From Eledone cirrhosa (taxonomy: Eukaryota): a stretch of DNA of 64,000 bases. The stretch covers positions 148,552,001-148,616,000 of the forward strand of contig OZ024741.1 of the NCBI GenBank assembly GCA_964016885.1, given 5' to 3'. Under the pieces are notes generated by a model. That model saw only the letters and a list, made by a program, of their open reading frames with translations. It was not told the origin of the DNA and did not search any database. Positions 41,040-54,400 of the stretch are shown in pieces. The position numbers were made by a program, and so were the translations under genes. The stretch's first letter is position 1. The number at the start of each line of letters is the position of its first letter.

Positions 41040-41760
41040 GTAAGTCCGGTATTTGCACGAAGTCACGAGTTCGCCCTTTTAGTTTAGTAATTGTTCCTTA
41101 GCAAACATAATTTGGAGAGTTTCTTCGGAACATAAATTTCACAGGCGGCAGCCCCCCCCCCCCGTGTAAGGTTTGGCCTTGGACAAGATATTCCGTTTCA
41201 GGTCGTAGGTGGTGTTATTGTCGTGGAGGTCCTATATGTGGCTAGATAGTGTTGCAACATTTCTCCGGGCCCTGTTTCTAAAACTGTGTTAGTGCTGGTA
41301 GAACCTTGTTTTAAATTCGCGGGCAGTTAATCCGATGTAGGCTTTGTTGGTATGTTCGGTTGTTACAGTACACTTGTACACCATGTTCTGTTGCCGACAT
41401 TTAGTGTTTAGAGGACAGTTGTTTGAGTCCGTGCAGTTACATGGCTTGGTTTTATCATTGCTGAGGTCTGAGTGAGTTCTAATAGAGTTGAGTTTGTCAG
41501 TGTTGGAGGAAGAAATGATTTGTGCGAAGATGGGTGTGGTACTGTAAGAAAGTCTGACTGTGTTTCTATTAAAGATGTTGTGGTAGCGATGGATGGTAGG
41601 AAGTGTTTGTTGGGAAGTTTGAAAAAGATTTTCTCGATTGGTGTTATGGCCCCGACGTTGTGAGGAAGGTTGAACCAGGTAATGTTGCGTGTGCAGCGGC
41701 ACCACCTGTTAAGTCCACGATTGGGACTTGGGTAATAGGTTAGTCCTTCTTTAAAACCGC
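41040..41760 (-). mobile_element. Degenerate PLE linker and GIY-YIG fragment
   Basis: ITWFNLP, IFNRNTVRLSYS, CNCTDSNNCPLNTKC, MVY...AYIG...FKTRFYQH. Confidence 0.85.
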
Positions 41761-41849
41761 ACACACAACACTCCCTGAAAATATATTTCATTAATGACTT
41801 TTAAAGAGCCATCATCCTTTTACCGACACGTCAATCACCTCAAGCTACA

Positions 41850-41934
41850 CTCCTGACGAGTTGGCATTTACAGCAGGTAGTTTTATCACCAGTTTGGAAT
41901 TAGATGTCGAAACGGCAAGAGCTCAGCCGCCGGG
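41850..41934 (+). ncRNA. Degenerate hammerhead motif (inverted pLTR 5' of the PLE fragment)
   Basis: CTC-CTGACGA-GTT-GGCATTT...AGATGTC-GAAA-CGGC...GCCG-CC-GGG; cleavage triplet damaged. Confidence 0.45.
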
Positions 41935-42070
41935 CCCCGACTCTCTCTAATACACACACACAAACACATATAACCAAAGAAAAAGATAGAATAAGGTTCT
42001 TATTCCATTGAATGCCAAATAACTTGTTTGTGGATACACGCACATATATACATGTACACATAGGGACTCA

Positions 42071-43995
42071 CATGATGGCTGCAAACCCTGCTAAGAGTAT
42101 TGCAATCGCTTGTCAGATTATCGAAACTGGTGCACTTTTAGGCTACGGTCAGCCACATGAACCTGTAACAGATCCTGAACAAATAATGCCTGTGCTTTGA
42201 AGGTTTTGTAGTGACCTACATTCCGAAGGCTCATGGATACATTCTCCGTACGTTGTTTGGCTCAGTTCAGCCAATCGCTACCAGCGTAGGAGAATGTATC
42301 TCGACTTCCGCCCAGAGGGAAAAATTCGACACATGCAGCTTAATTCACCTGGACTCAAACATGCACCGCAACACGAGAACTGCTAATTACAGCTGGATTC
42401 AAACAGTTTCGCATCTCGTTGCACACTCATCGTCCTATAGTATAACAACCTCCATCTTGTTACTTTACCCGACTCACTGGGAAAATAACAAATGGAACTG
42501 GACCTGCCAGCATTTCCACCATTTCTCCTATGGATTCGCCAGAATTATGGAATTACCGCTTCAACTACTACCCAACTACAGATTCAACTTGCTTTTTTTC
42601 TTTTCAAAGCAACTAGCCATTTTTTCATGGCTGCCTAGCACTTTCGGCAATTCATCTGGGAGGCCGACAATTTCTCGCCTACCCATCATCTTCTTGCCAG
42701 CTCTGCTACAACATTTACCATAACAGCTCCAGCTATACAGCTCTGGTAAAGCATGAACAGCTACTGGTAAACTACCAAAACAGCTTCATCCACAGCTCTG
42801 GTACAACACTTACCATAACAGCTAACATTTAATGCAAGAACAGCAACTTTGCCCATGTCAGACTTTATCCGTTTTCTGTTAGACCCGGGTGGTCACGCAT
42901 AAATAGCAAAACAGCTAGTCATTTGACACAGCGGCTCAACACAGCCCTTAGCGCCTCATTTTTCTTCTTGCATGCATTCTTTTGTTCAATTTTTTCATTG
43001 ATGTGCTCTTTCAACATTTTTCCTGCTGATTCAATCTTATATATCGTCTTGCAGACTAAATAAGGGGTATTGTAGTGACCTACATTCTCCGTACGTTGTT
43101 TGACTCAGTTCAGCCAATCGCTACCAGCGTAGGAGAATGTATCTCGACTTCCGCCCAGAGGGAAAAAATTCCCGCAGCGATTCAAAAATGGCTCCCTTAC
43201 TGCTTTGGACTCTGAAAGGTCAACACGCAATTATGTAACGGTGAGATTCTCACTTTGGCCTGTCGCCCTCCTTTGGCCCGGTACAGCGCCTTTTTTTTAC
43301 TCCTTAAAACTCTTAATTTTGTTTCTTCCTTTCTTTGACTTGTCAACCCAGCTTAACATTTGTGGTCGGTTGTAAATAAAGCTTGTAAAATATTATAAAG
43401 TCTCATAATATTATTTTCTACAAAGCCTACAGTGAACTACAACTACTTCAACAAACATTCACTTTATAGCTAACTTTGCCTCTCTCTCACTTAACAAACC
43501 TTACATTTCTCACTATAACAAATAACAATAACATATATTCCACCCCATTAATATTATGCCATGTAGGCATAATATTATTTTTCTGCTAAAGTTTTTTAAG
43601 TGGGTAAAGGCCTTGCACTCGACCAATCCCACTCTCTGAGTATCGAAAACACTACCCGAAAAGGAGAACTGGTCAACATCATCGGATGCTTCCGTAGTCG
43701 CAGGTTTTGTTTTTTTTTCAGAATTTCCCTCTCTTAGAAAGGTGATGTGACAACAACTGGGGGCCTTTCACTCCCAGGTTAAAAAAAAAAAATACTAGTA
43801 CTATTTGCATGGCCATTGACTCTGCTGAGTTCCTCCGCCCTTTGCCGGGTCTTATATTTCATCCCGCAGGGTGTCCAAATATCACCCTCCTCACCAAGCA
43901 AGCTTGGTGGGGTAGCTAGTTTAGTCGCCGACAATCCGACCATGATAGGTTGTACTGGGTTACATGTTACCAGTAGCATTCGAGAGTGACCTGAC
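42071..43995 (-). mobile_element. Diverged RTE-derived element, copy F, interrupted by an LTR element
   Basis: Head and body at ~43600-43995 align with copies B and D; tail-like ATGATGGCTGC...GAGTATTGC at 42071. Confidence 0.65.
42207..43517 (+). mobile_element. Deleted LTR retrotransposon remnant
   Basis: TGTAGTGACC... direct repeat at 42207 and 43071 (~100 bp shared); purine tract TAAGGGG before 43071; AATAAA at 43375; LTR ends CACTATA (near reverse complement of TGTAGTG) at 43517. Confidence 0.75.
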
Positions 43996-44005
43996 ATACA
44001 TACAT

Positions 44006-44038
<33 letters not shown>

Positions 44039-44079
44039 AGAGAGTATTGAAGTTTGCTTGAAGCATTGTGAAATAATAG

Positions 44080-44751
44080 GTAAATATCTTTAAGTCGTTT
44101 GGAAGCCTCGACAATGCAAATGGGTAAATCTCCGGGTAACAAGATCCGGTGGTGGAGAGAGAGAGATGTAAGTGGATGTACGTTGAGATGCGTGGTGTGT
44201 ATAAGACGTGTAGAAGAATGAAGGAAAGAGTATAAAGGATAAAATTAAAATAAGAACACGAGAGAGAGAGTTACCTTGGGAGAGATTTAATTGTCCCTAT
44301 ATATTTCGGATTCACATCCATCAACTGCGGGTTTTTTCCGGGATGGGGGAAAGGTTGTCTGTCGAAAAGGTGCGAAACGCGTCCTCCGCTGTTTGTTGTT
44401 TTGAATATCTGCCCTTAACGCCTCATTTTTCAAAACAATAAACAGCGGAGGACGCATTTCGCACCTTTCCGACAGACAACCTTTCCCCCACCCCGGAAAA
44501 AAACCCCCAGTTGATGGATGTGAATCCGAAATATATAGGGGCAATTAAATCTCTCCCAAGGTAACTCTCTCTCGTGTTCTTATTTTTATTTTATCCTTTA
44601 TACTCTTTCCTTCATTCTTCTACACGTCTTATACACACCACGCATCTCAACGTACACCCACTTACATCTCTCTCTCCACCACCGGATCTTGTTACCCGGA
44701 GATTTACCCATTTGCATTGTCGAGGCTTCCAAACGACTTAAAGATATTTAC
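44080..44751. mobile_element. ~325-bp-arm fold-back element (probable PLE pLTR) with degenerate hammerhead pieces
   Basis: Arms 44080-44405 and 44429-44751; CCCC-CAGTTGA-T-GGAT..ATCC-GAAA-TATA-TA-GGGG at 44504-44541. Confidence 0.85.
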
Positions 44752-44759
44752 ATATATAT

Positions 44760-45085
44760 ATGTAACAGTAATATACGTGAACGGCAAAGCATAAACGAAC
44801 TAAGGAAAAAATTAGAGATAAGAGGGATCAGATGTTGTTTACTCGAGAGAAGGCTGCGTTGGTATGGACACGTGATGCGCATGAAAGTCGATAGCTGTAT
44901 TACAAAGTGCAGGGCAATAAAGATAGACGGTAGCCACGGAATAGGCAGACCTAGAAAAACATGGGATGAGCTGATAAACTCCGACCTCACACACTTACAC
45001 CTCTCCAAGACAATGTCACTGGACCGTGACCTTTGGCGGTACTCAGTAACAGAGAAGACCCGCCTTGCCAGTAGGCATCTCTAAC
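44760..45085 (+). mobile_element. RTE LINE 3' end
   Basis: RRLRWYGHVMRM...GRPRKTWDE. Confidence 0.85.
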
Positions 45086-45109
45086 AAAATACACCCCCCC
45101 CACCCCATC

Positions 45110-45396
45110 CCGTTCTATGTAAAGTTATGTTGGTGCCGCGCCATCCAGGCCGAAACAAATGAGATCGTGTAGGTGTCACGACAAAAAAACACACAGTCCA
45201 CGCTGTAATGTGGCCGTGTAGGCAACACGGTAAAAACCTCCCAGACCCACACTGTAAATGTGGTTGGTGTTAGGAAGGGCATCCAACTGTAGAAAACCTG
45301 CCAGACAGTCCTATGCGAGCAAGACAATCACTCTTACCTCAAGTGGGACTACCCCCGTCCAAACCCATGCAAGCGTGGAACACGGACGTTAAACGT

Positions 45397-45426
<30 letters not shown>
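45110..45426 (+). mobile_element. RTE-related SINE or 3' region with (GAT)n tail
   Basis: TGGTGTTAGGAAGGGCATCCAACTGTAGAAAACC...CCCATGCAAGCGTGGAACACGGACGTTAAAC(GAT)n; tail relic also at 29815-29860. Confidence 0.7.
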
Positions 45427-45427
<1 letters not shown>

Positions 45428-45716
45428 ATATACACACACACAAACACACATATGTGTGTGTGTGTTTCTTTCCTAAGTACTGAAAAAGTCTAAATCAGAA
45501 GCCATAATTTCGTTGTTTCATTAACGTGTATTTAAAAGGCGTGTATACTCGTGTCTAACAGCTCGTATTTCCACATGAAATATATCAAATGTGAACAACA
45601 AAGCAAACTTTTTACTTTTATTGTTTATTAAATGGCTCACACCACAAAACTAAAGAGATGATTGCTAGTAAGCGTTGGTGGTACAATTAATTTTCGTTCA
45701 TAGGCACAGCGATTGT

Positions 45717-45751
<35 letters not shown>

Positions 45752-47279
45752 CGCATGAATGTATCTTTGTATGCGTGCTTGCGCCCGTATGAAAAAGTGT
45801 GCGTGTATGTCTCTCTGTCCGCGTGGACGAGTGTGTGTATGTGTGTGTACAAGTGTATGTGTGCATGCATGCACGTGTGTGTGTGCTTGTGCGCGTGTGT
45901 AAATCAAAGATAGCATATATGTGTGTTTACATGTGTTTGAGTGTGTGTACATGTATGTCTGTAGGTAGTGCCAATCAAAAGCTGGTATGCAGTGACACAC
46001 AGAACACAAGTAAAACGACAAACAAAAGTAAATAAATAATTATAAAAATAAAAATCTATCTTTTTTTCGCTTCCGATTCTCGAAACTTTCTTTTATATTT
46101 AATTTCATAAACTAATATTTGATGTATAAACTTTCGCTCTAGTAACTGAGGATGAAGACATAAGGTTGAATGTCGTGAGTGGTGAAACGTTAGCTTTCCT
46201 TTAATTTTATTTTTTTATTTTTTTACTCTTTCCATTTGACGAACACAAACAGCTGCACACGTAACGTCTGCTTGATTGGAGAGTCTTCGAAATTGTCTTT
46301 CAAAGGAGATATTCTACTAAAATTAATTGACAATTCAATCTTTTATTAGCTTCAGTCAATTATATCGAGTCATTATTTTTTTTCCAAGTCTGATACTTAT
46401 TTTATCAATCTCTATCTGTCGAATCGAACTGCTAGTTATGTGGCATAAACAAATAACACACATGTATACGACGCTCTTCTACAGAAGTTCTCTCCTCCAA
46501 AGTTCATTCAGAACCCGAAGCAATTGTAGAAAATACTTGCCCAAGGTGTCAACAGTAGGACTGAATCCGAAACCATGTGGTTGCAAAGCAAGTCTCATAA
46601 TTACTCAACCATGCTTGCATTAGACTTTCAAAATTACAGCACCCAAAAATAATGGAAACCTCCAATTAATGATCCTTTCGGAAATTTCCGCACTGCAAAA
46701 GAAAACTGGCTGTAAAGTGCTAGTTAGTTCATGATTTTGAAACGTTCTTTTTGTTTGGTTTAACCATTAAGTAAAATAAGCACATGCTTATAGTATCAAG
46801 AGAAGTGGGACACCATTTTATTCAAATTAAATGTATTTGTCATTTAAACAAATTTTTTTTTTCTTTTTGCATACTTAATATATTGGGGAGTGGGTACCAT
46901 TTTAAGTGCTTAGGGTCTACACAAGACTTAACCCGGCCTTGGTTCTGGCAGCTCTCTGCACTTCAAGGTCGAACTTTACCTATAATTGCTTCTAGTTCCA
47001 TAAATAAAGAGCCAGTCTTGTACTGGAGTTGATTCTTAGAAATCGGTTGTCAAACTCGGAGAGGGATGGGCTGTCAGATTTCGGCACCTCTACCATTCTA
47101 AAAGGAGTTGAGGGCTAAAGAAATTAAGGAAAAAAAGTGACATTTATCATTACTGTACCTCTCTTTATTTACTGAATAAATGTTCTACAATTCAAAGCTA
47201 TTTTAAAGTATTTATATTTTTATTTTAAAAAAAGATTCCACTATACTTTTATGTAAGAACCTTTAAGTTATGTTCCAAT

Positions 47280-47480
47280 AATGGGTTTTAATTTAAGTAC
47301 AAGGCCAACACTTTGGAAAGGAAAGTCAATTAAATCGACTCTAGTACTTGACTAGTACTTCATTATATCGACTCCAGAAGGATGAAAAGCAAAATTGACC
47401 TTGTGGTATTTGAACTCAAAATGTGGAGATCCGGAACAAATACCGCTCAGCATTTTGTGCGACGCTCAAACGGTTCGTTA
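47280..47480 (-). mobile_element. Old tRNA-derived SINE (MetaSINE-like core)
   Basis: ATCGACTCCAGAAGGATGAAAAGCAAA...TTTGAACTC. Confidence 0.6.
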
Positions 47481-47774
47481 ATCTATCACCTCTCATAATG
47501 AAAAAGTTAATATTACTAAATCCTCTAAATTATTGATTATTTCCAAAATGATTTGAAAATCATAGGCTGCGTCTTTTAATTAGAAATATGATAAAGAAGG
47601 AGTTAAAATCTTTATATCTTAAAGATCATAATTTTATATAAGAACCTTTAACTTATATCCCCAAATCCAACTTAACGAGAAAATTAGTAATATTAATAAA
47701 TCTCCCCAAATTTGTGATTAATTTCAAAATGATTTGAAAATTGTAGGCTGTGTCTTTCATAAGAAATATGCAAA

Positions 47775-48120
47775 AGGCCAGATGGCATGACTATCTTCCC
47801 GTTCCGCAGTGGTAAACCCCTCATCCGGGATGCCACATGCAGTGACTCATTCTCCAGCAGCAAGCTGGTGCAGTCTGCGACAAACCCAAGCTCTGCTGTA
47901 CTTCGGACTGAGGAGGGTAAACTCTCCAAATATCGGTCGCTCTCTGCATAGCAGTGGAGACTTCTGGTGTCCTAGGACCACCGCTCTACTCACCACTAGC
48001 AGCACAGAGTTGGCTACCCGCAGGTATGAGCCTCGCAAGCTGGATTGGCTCTTCCAGCGCGTCTCCCTTATCATCCTCTGGAGAAACGCCTTCTCTATTC
48101 TGTCCGCCGGAGCCACGGGG
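47775..48120 (+). mobile_element. CRE-clade non-LTR retrotransposon RLE C-terminus
   Basis: RPDGMTIFPFRSGKPLIRDATC...KY...VETSGVLG...WLFQRVSLIILWRNAFSIL. Confidence 0.75.
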
Positions 48121-49539
48121 CGGTCAGCGTGTGTGTCCCCATTTGCTCATAATAGTGAGAGATGTGGAGAGCGAGAGAAACAGAGGCAGTGATAGTGAGA
48201 GTTCAGACTTGGTGTATATGTATATATTTATTTACCACAGCACATTAATTGTAAATATAAATAAGATGGGTACAATCACAGTAGTATTTAAAGTCTCTTA
48301 AATGTTCACCAACAGAGGTATATAGACTATCAGAAATACGGAACAGGAGTACTGTGATATTTGTGGACAATCTTTTGTCAGTAATAGCAAGACATTTTAT
48401 TTCATGATGGTGCAGTCTACTTAACTAGGGAAAATTAGCTGTACCTGTTCTTCAAACGGAGTGCGTTATACTGAATCTCCCTGTGTAATGCGTTAAGGGT
48501 ACACTTGTTCATTGAATGCTCATCTTCTTGCACATTAATTCCATGAGCAAGTAGTTTGTTCCATTGATCAAACAATGGGAACACACAGCAACGGTCTAAC
48601 AACAACAATATTTCAAAATCCAATGTTTGCCGATATTCATGTATTTTATTGTATATTGAGGTCGTTTGGCTTTTTTAAAAAATGACTCAGCAGCCGCTAT
48701 TCTGTGTTGTGATCATTTGTTGTTGGGCTGACGTCAGGGTAGAATCAATAATGACTGAAAGTCATGTTAACCAGGGAGGTATTCTAAATTGTGTTAAACG
48801 CATGACATAACAGATCTAACTTTTGTTGGTGTGGGTGGGGATAAAACAGCAGTTTGTCAAAAGTTGGCTCTTCCATCAAGTTTTGTATATATATATGTGT
48901 GTGTGTATAATTGGACGGTGTTAGTGTACCATGTGGAGAAGAGAATGCTAACATTTTGATTGCATTCTTCTTTGGGGGAACTTTATTGAACTGTGTGTGT
49001 GTGCAGGTGTATGTATTTGCAAGGAAGACAATCAATGTGTGCTTTCAGTAGATACCCTTACCAGAATGTGTTAGCAATACTTTAATCCTCATCAACACCA
49101 CCACTAACATCATTATGACTGTTTTATATCAGCTTTTCCATGTTTGCATGGGTTAGACAGGTCTTTTCAAGCACAGTATCCCTTCACTTGTCATTTCCTG
49201 AGTGAGCTTCAGTAATTTGAGACTAGCTTTCACAACTTCCATCAGGTCTTTCTTGGTTTCCCTCAACAACATTTTACTTCCACTGGGTTTTCTTTCTTAA
49301 TATCTATATTTCTAGGAAATACTTACTGAGACCATTGTACTTGTAGAATATTGGCTCTATATGTTTTGTGGCTTCTAGGAAATGCTTGCCGAGATTGTTG
49401 TGCATAAATAAGATGTTAAAAGTTATGTCTTTCTTGATCCTAGCAGTTCCCAAAATGCACACCTTGTCACACTGATGCATTGTGGAATATAATCAGGTGC
49501 TCTAATAAAAATTCAGATTCTATTTCAAAACGTAATTCT

Positions 49540-49695
49540 CAGGGAGATTCAGAATGACACAGAATGTGACAAGGCTGGCCCTTCAAATTACAGGTACAAC
49601 TCTTTTTTGCCAGCTGAGTGGACTGGAGCAACATGAAATAAAGTGTCTTGCTCAAGGACACAAAGCGCCGCCGGGAATCGAATACCCTAACCATT
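49540..49695 (-). mobile_element. tRNA-derived SINE (second family; related copies at ~49930-50060 and ~50690-50830)
   Basis: CAGCTGAGTGGACTGGAGCAAC...AAGTGTCTTGCTCAAGGACAC...GGGAATCGAA. Confidence 0.65.
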
Positions 49696-50399
49696 TTTTA
49701 ATACACTTTCGAATTTAAGCACCAAGTATGACAAAGTATCTTTACTTGTTCTAAAATGTGCCATGAATAAAAATCAGTTTGGGAAGGCTCATCAGATTAG
49801 ACATTATCACCGTTATATTGGTGTTAAGTGATTGAGAGTACAATTTGACACCGGTCTATTGCAAGGTTAATTCTTGGACTCCCCTTTGTTGCAAGGTTAA
49901 ATCTCTAACTGCTGCTGCTGTTGGTAGTATTCATTTTCATCTGAGTTGACTAGAGCAAGTGAAATAAAGTGTTTTGCTCAAGAACACAATATGATGCATA
50001 GTTCGAGAACCACCCACTGACATTTTGTTTCTGGGCCCAACACTCTAACTAGTACACCACCCACCTGGAAAAGATGCAGTGTCATAAATTTGTTGCTGTT
50101 CTTTTGCTCCAATAGTGCCAAACTCTGATCAAATGTGCTCCAGCCATCATTGACTTGTCTCTCTTTAAGTAATAATCAATCTTGGATCATACCACACAAT
50201 GTGCCCTCTTCTCAAAGCAGCAGTAAACTATGCAACCACACAGAGCTGGCTTGTATATCTAGTGCATAATAGATATATTACAACTTCTATGTTGTATATC
50301 TATAGTATATTCAACTACAGAATATATCTACATATATTAGCAAACATTGTGTATGTAATAGACAGATGCAAACACTGTCCCCTTATATACAATACATTA

Positions 50400-50625
50400 G
50401 TGAACAGCGCAACTGGGTGTGGCTAAAAGAACTCAAACTCTACTCCTTGGAACGAAGGTGGGAGAGATATGCAGTGATATACATATGGAAGATCCTGGTG
50501 GGACTAGCACCAAACTTTGGCCTTGAGAGCTGGACCAACCTCCAAACAGGACATCACTGTGTGATGCCATAGGTCCCGTCTTTCACATCTAGAGTAATGA
50601 GCAGATATTGCAATAGCCTGGGGCC
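50400..50625 (+). mobile_element. CR1-like LINE 3' ORF fragment
   Basis: LKELKLYSLERRWERYAVIYIWKILVGLAPN. Confidence 0.75.
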
Positions 50626-51339
50626 AGCTGAACCTATATAAGAGTGAGCTGTAATAACAATGACCAGAAAGTGGCCCAAGTGTTTGCTTGACTCACTTTT
50701 GCCAGCTGAGTGGATTGGAGCAATGTGAAATACAGTGTCTTGCTTAAGGGCACAATATGCCACTGGGAATTGATTTCATGACTCTTACGATCATGAGTCA
50801 AACACCCTTAATCACTACGCCATGTGGCTTTGCATTGACCAAACAACATGTCAAATAATATTTTTGTAGAAAAGTTGATTTGATATGATTCCCATTTCTT
50901 GCACGTTGTATAACACTGTAGATTAGGGATACACAAGTTGGGCTGTTATGAGCCAGAAGTCAGCCACATACAGTGTTTAATAGGGCCATGGTGACTTTGA
51001 TGTATTTTGGAGTAAGTTGTATGCATATTATTATTGATTATGAGTGTTTTTTACAATCATGCTGTTTAAATTTTTTTATATTTTCCTTAATTTGACATTT
51101 CTGACATAGCTATTGCTTCACCTTCATTTTTTTTCCTATATATATATAAATAGCTTCTATTAGATTTGTGCATGAAATAAAACATTGATCTTAGGTTTAA
51201 TTTAGCCAACATTGGGTGGGCCATGTATGATATAAAGTGTATTGTGGGTCATGGCAAAAAACAGGCTGCACAACACTGATAGAGTGGTCTTGATAAGATT
51301 GGGGGCCCCTATCATTATGAGATGCAACCTTGTAGAAGA

Positions 51340-52290
51340 CCAGCTAAACATACATGAGTATGAACTAAACATATCCTTTCAAGGACAACTTAAGGACGTG
51401 TTCACACTAGAAGGCAAAATGGATGCTTTTCAAAAGAAAATATTACTGTAGCAAACACGATTGACTGAATATATGAGAGAGAAAGATATTAACAAGTAGG
51501 GGGTAAACATAGTTCAACAGCACTTACAATCACTCACAGAATCTTTTGGTCGTTATTACCCAAAGGAAGAAGATCCCAGATATGGCAAAATGAGGATAAT
51601 ATATCCATTTGCAGCAAACATTGAAGATAGCAATTTAAGCACGAATGAAAAAGAAAGCCTCACCGATCTAGCATCCAACGACAGTCTCAAAGCTAAATTC
51701 CAGTCATCCTTATAAAGATCTCATTTTTGGCTCTCCATAAAAAGTGAATATCCATTGCTGAGTGAAAAAGCAATAAAAATTTTGATTCAATTTTCAACAG
51801 CATATTTATGCGAAAAGACATTTTCATCACAGCAATTAAAACACAGTACTAGTCTTGGCTTGAAATAAAAACTGCTCTCCATCTTGCAGTAACGTCACTG
51901 GAGCCAAAAATCAAAGAACTTATTTCAAACAGGCAAGAACAAATATCACACTAAAATGTGTAGTACTTAAATTATTTTGTAATAAACTAACTTTAATAAT
52001 TTTGTTACAATTAAACAAACCTTAAAGATTTTGTTATGATTACATAAGCATTTATAATTTTGTTATATTTAGTAGGTGCATTTCATATTAATGAAATGGA
52101 AGTTCTCTGATCACTATTTTACAAATAAAGTACCAGTAATGCACTGAGTAATTGCTGGCCTTGTGCCTAACGTAGAAACAATTATTTTACAAATGTTTTT
52201 ATCTTTTTAAAAAAATTTATACCAGTGGTCCGCAGGATTTAAAATTATGAATTTAGTGGTCGGTGAGGCCCAAAAGGTTGGCGACCGCTG
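51340..52290 (+). mobile_element. hAT (Charlie/Buster-like) transposon 3' half
   Basis: ELNISFQG...HFWLSIKSEYPLLSEKAIKILIQFSTAYLCEKTFS...QEQISH* (dimerisation domain); TIR-like AAAAGGTTGGCGACCGCTG ending at 52290. Confidence 0.88.
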
Positions 52291-53339
52291 GCCTAGATCA
52301 CAATTCCTCAAATGCAGAGCAAGAGTACAAAATAATTTACTCGTATGTATGCATAGACATTTGCATATAGTATATCTAGGATAATATTATTAAATTAAAT
52401 GTGTCCTTCCCTTTTTAAGATGGCAATGTGTGATTTGAGGAAAATTTAGTTGTTTTTTCTAGTAGGTCAAGTAACCTCACAGAAGTTTCCATTATAGTTA
52501 GTTCTCCAGTGAAGGCAGTGTTGACATCCTGTCGCATCCACTCAATAATACAAAAACTGAAGTTGAGCATCCCTGGATCCTTCTGATTCAGAGAGGATTA
52601 GGTTATTTTAGGTAATCGTTCCTTTGACAAACTAATAATCTGTCATCTTTGTTTTCAGTCTGGATAAATTAAGAGAGAGCACTTGAAATTCCAACGACTG
52701 TTAAACTACTGAACATATTACAGATAGGGTAAGAATGTTGTAAGTGCTCACTTGAGTTGAATTACACTACAGGATCTGGACTTTATTGGATTGAGAGAGT
52801 GTGTGTGTGCTTTGTTTTAGGATGGTGTTGGTGTGGTATGCTGGATGATTCTAGATGCCTCATGATGAGTGCAAGAAATCATATGTCATGACAGACTGAG
52901 AGAGGTGGAAACTCTGTGGAAACAAACTGTGGCCCATCATATGTTCAAGGTGACTTTTATTTTGAGTACTTTGGTACTTTCACAGGAGGTCTGTGGACAG
53001 CCTGTAACAATTAATGATTTCTAATTTAGACACAAGGCCCTTAAACCCCAAAACTTCTAGCCCCCAATAAATGCATAATAAAGTACCCTGGGAAACTGAT
53101 AAAAGATGCTCCAGCTGGTGAGGATGCATATTCACTAAAGACAAGAAGAAGGCATTAAAATGAAGGATTTGTATAAATGGATCCTTAACTCCGGGTGGAG
53201 TTGTAGGGGTGCTGTTGTGAGCCTTTAAACTTGGCAGAGTCCATCCCTTTCTAGATCTGAACACCACTGATTTCTTCCAGAAAGAGAAAGTTAAAGAGAC
53301 ACAGAGGAAGAATTAACACTAGTACTAGACAACCACAAA

Positions 53340-54400
53340 ACGATGAAAGGCATCAGAAGTGGACGTCGCCCACAAGCTAGATTCATGCCTAATCGATCCA
53401 CTGCTGATCACATTTCTGCCCTCCACATCATTATCGGAAGATCTAGAGAGTTCCATAGAGATCACTGCCTCTATGTCACCTTCGTTGACCTCAAAGCGTC
53501 TTTCAACATGGCTGACCACAGATCCCTCTGGAAAATTCTCTAGCTTGTTAGTGCACTTCCCAAGATCACTACCCTGTTCCAATGCTCTAGAGCAGTGTTG
53601 AAAGCTGCGTGCGGGTGAACTGACCTGGAGAACACAGACAACACCACCCTATTCAGCAACTCAATCAATCAGCTCAGACACACTGGCTATATACTGGGAG
53701 GAATCAGCAAAGCTTGTCCTTCAGGTGAGCTGGGTGAAGACAAAGCTGATGTATGTCGGCAATGGCCTGGATCCTCCTCTGCTTCATATTGGCCCCGACG
53801 CCGTGGAGATTGTCAACTCCTCCATTTACCTGGGCTCGACTGTCACCAGCAATGGAGACCTGACTCCGAAGATCAACGGCAGATGTGGCCTGACTGCCAG
53901 GTCTTCCCTATGGAAGCCTCTCTGGTCAATCTCCCAGAAGATGAAGCTCTGTATTTACAATGCATCAGTCCTCTCTGTTCTCCTCTATGGAGCAGAAACG
54001 TGACCCCTCACAAAGACCCTGGCAAAGAGGATTGACAGCTTTGATAGCAGAACTCTGGGGACCATCAAAAACATCAGATGGGACCATTATGTTTCCAACA
54101 AAGTGTTGAGTGCGCACACGTATCAGCCCACAGCTTCCAGCCTCATAGCTACCCACTACATGCACAGGTATGCACGCTTTCCACCTGGAAGAGGCCCTGT
54201 GGCAGGACCCACATCAAATGGATGGATATCATCAAGGAAGATCTCTGGAAGCTCGACATCACCTTGGAGGATGCAGAGGAGCTAGCACAGGACTGCCAGT
54301 GATGGAGAGTGCTGGTGAACCTGGTCGACTCTATGACCGACAATGCTTTGGGATCGCTGGCTTAAAATGACACGACCTCATCGAACAAGAGCAAGAAGAA
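53340..54400 (+). mobile_element. Degenerate RTE LINE RT region to 3' end
   Basis: FMPNRSTADHI, FVDLKASF, SIYLGSTV, LSVLLYGAET, W..IIKEDL. Confidence 0.85.

Noticed and set aside
42211-42723. 170-aa ORF
   Set aside because: Starts inside an LTR at a non-ATG codon and has no recognisable domain
46146-46200. CTGAGGA...GAAA spacing
   Set aside because: Stems I-III do not form in register
50924-51278. Possible hAT-type MITE
   Set aside because: Termini only weakly complementary and no clear 8-bp TSD
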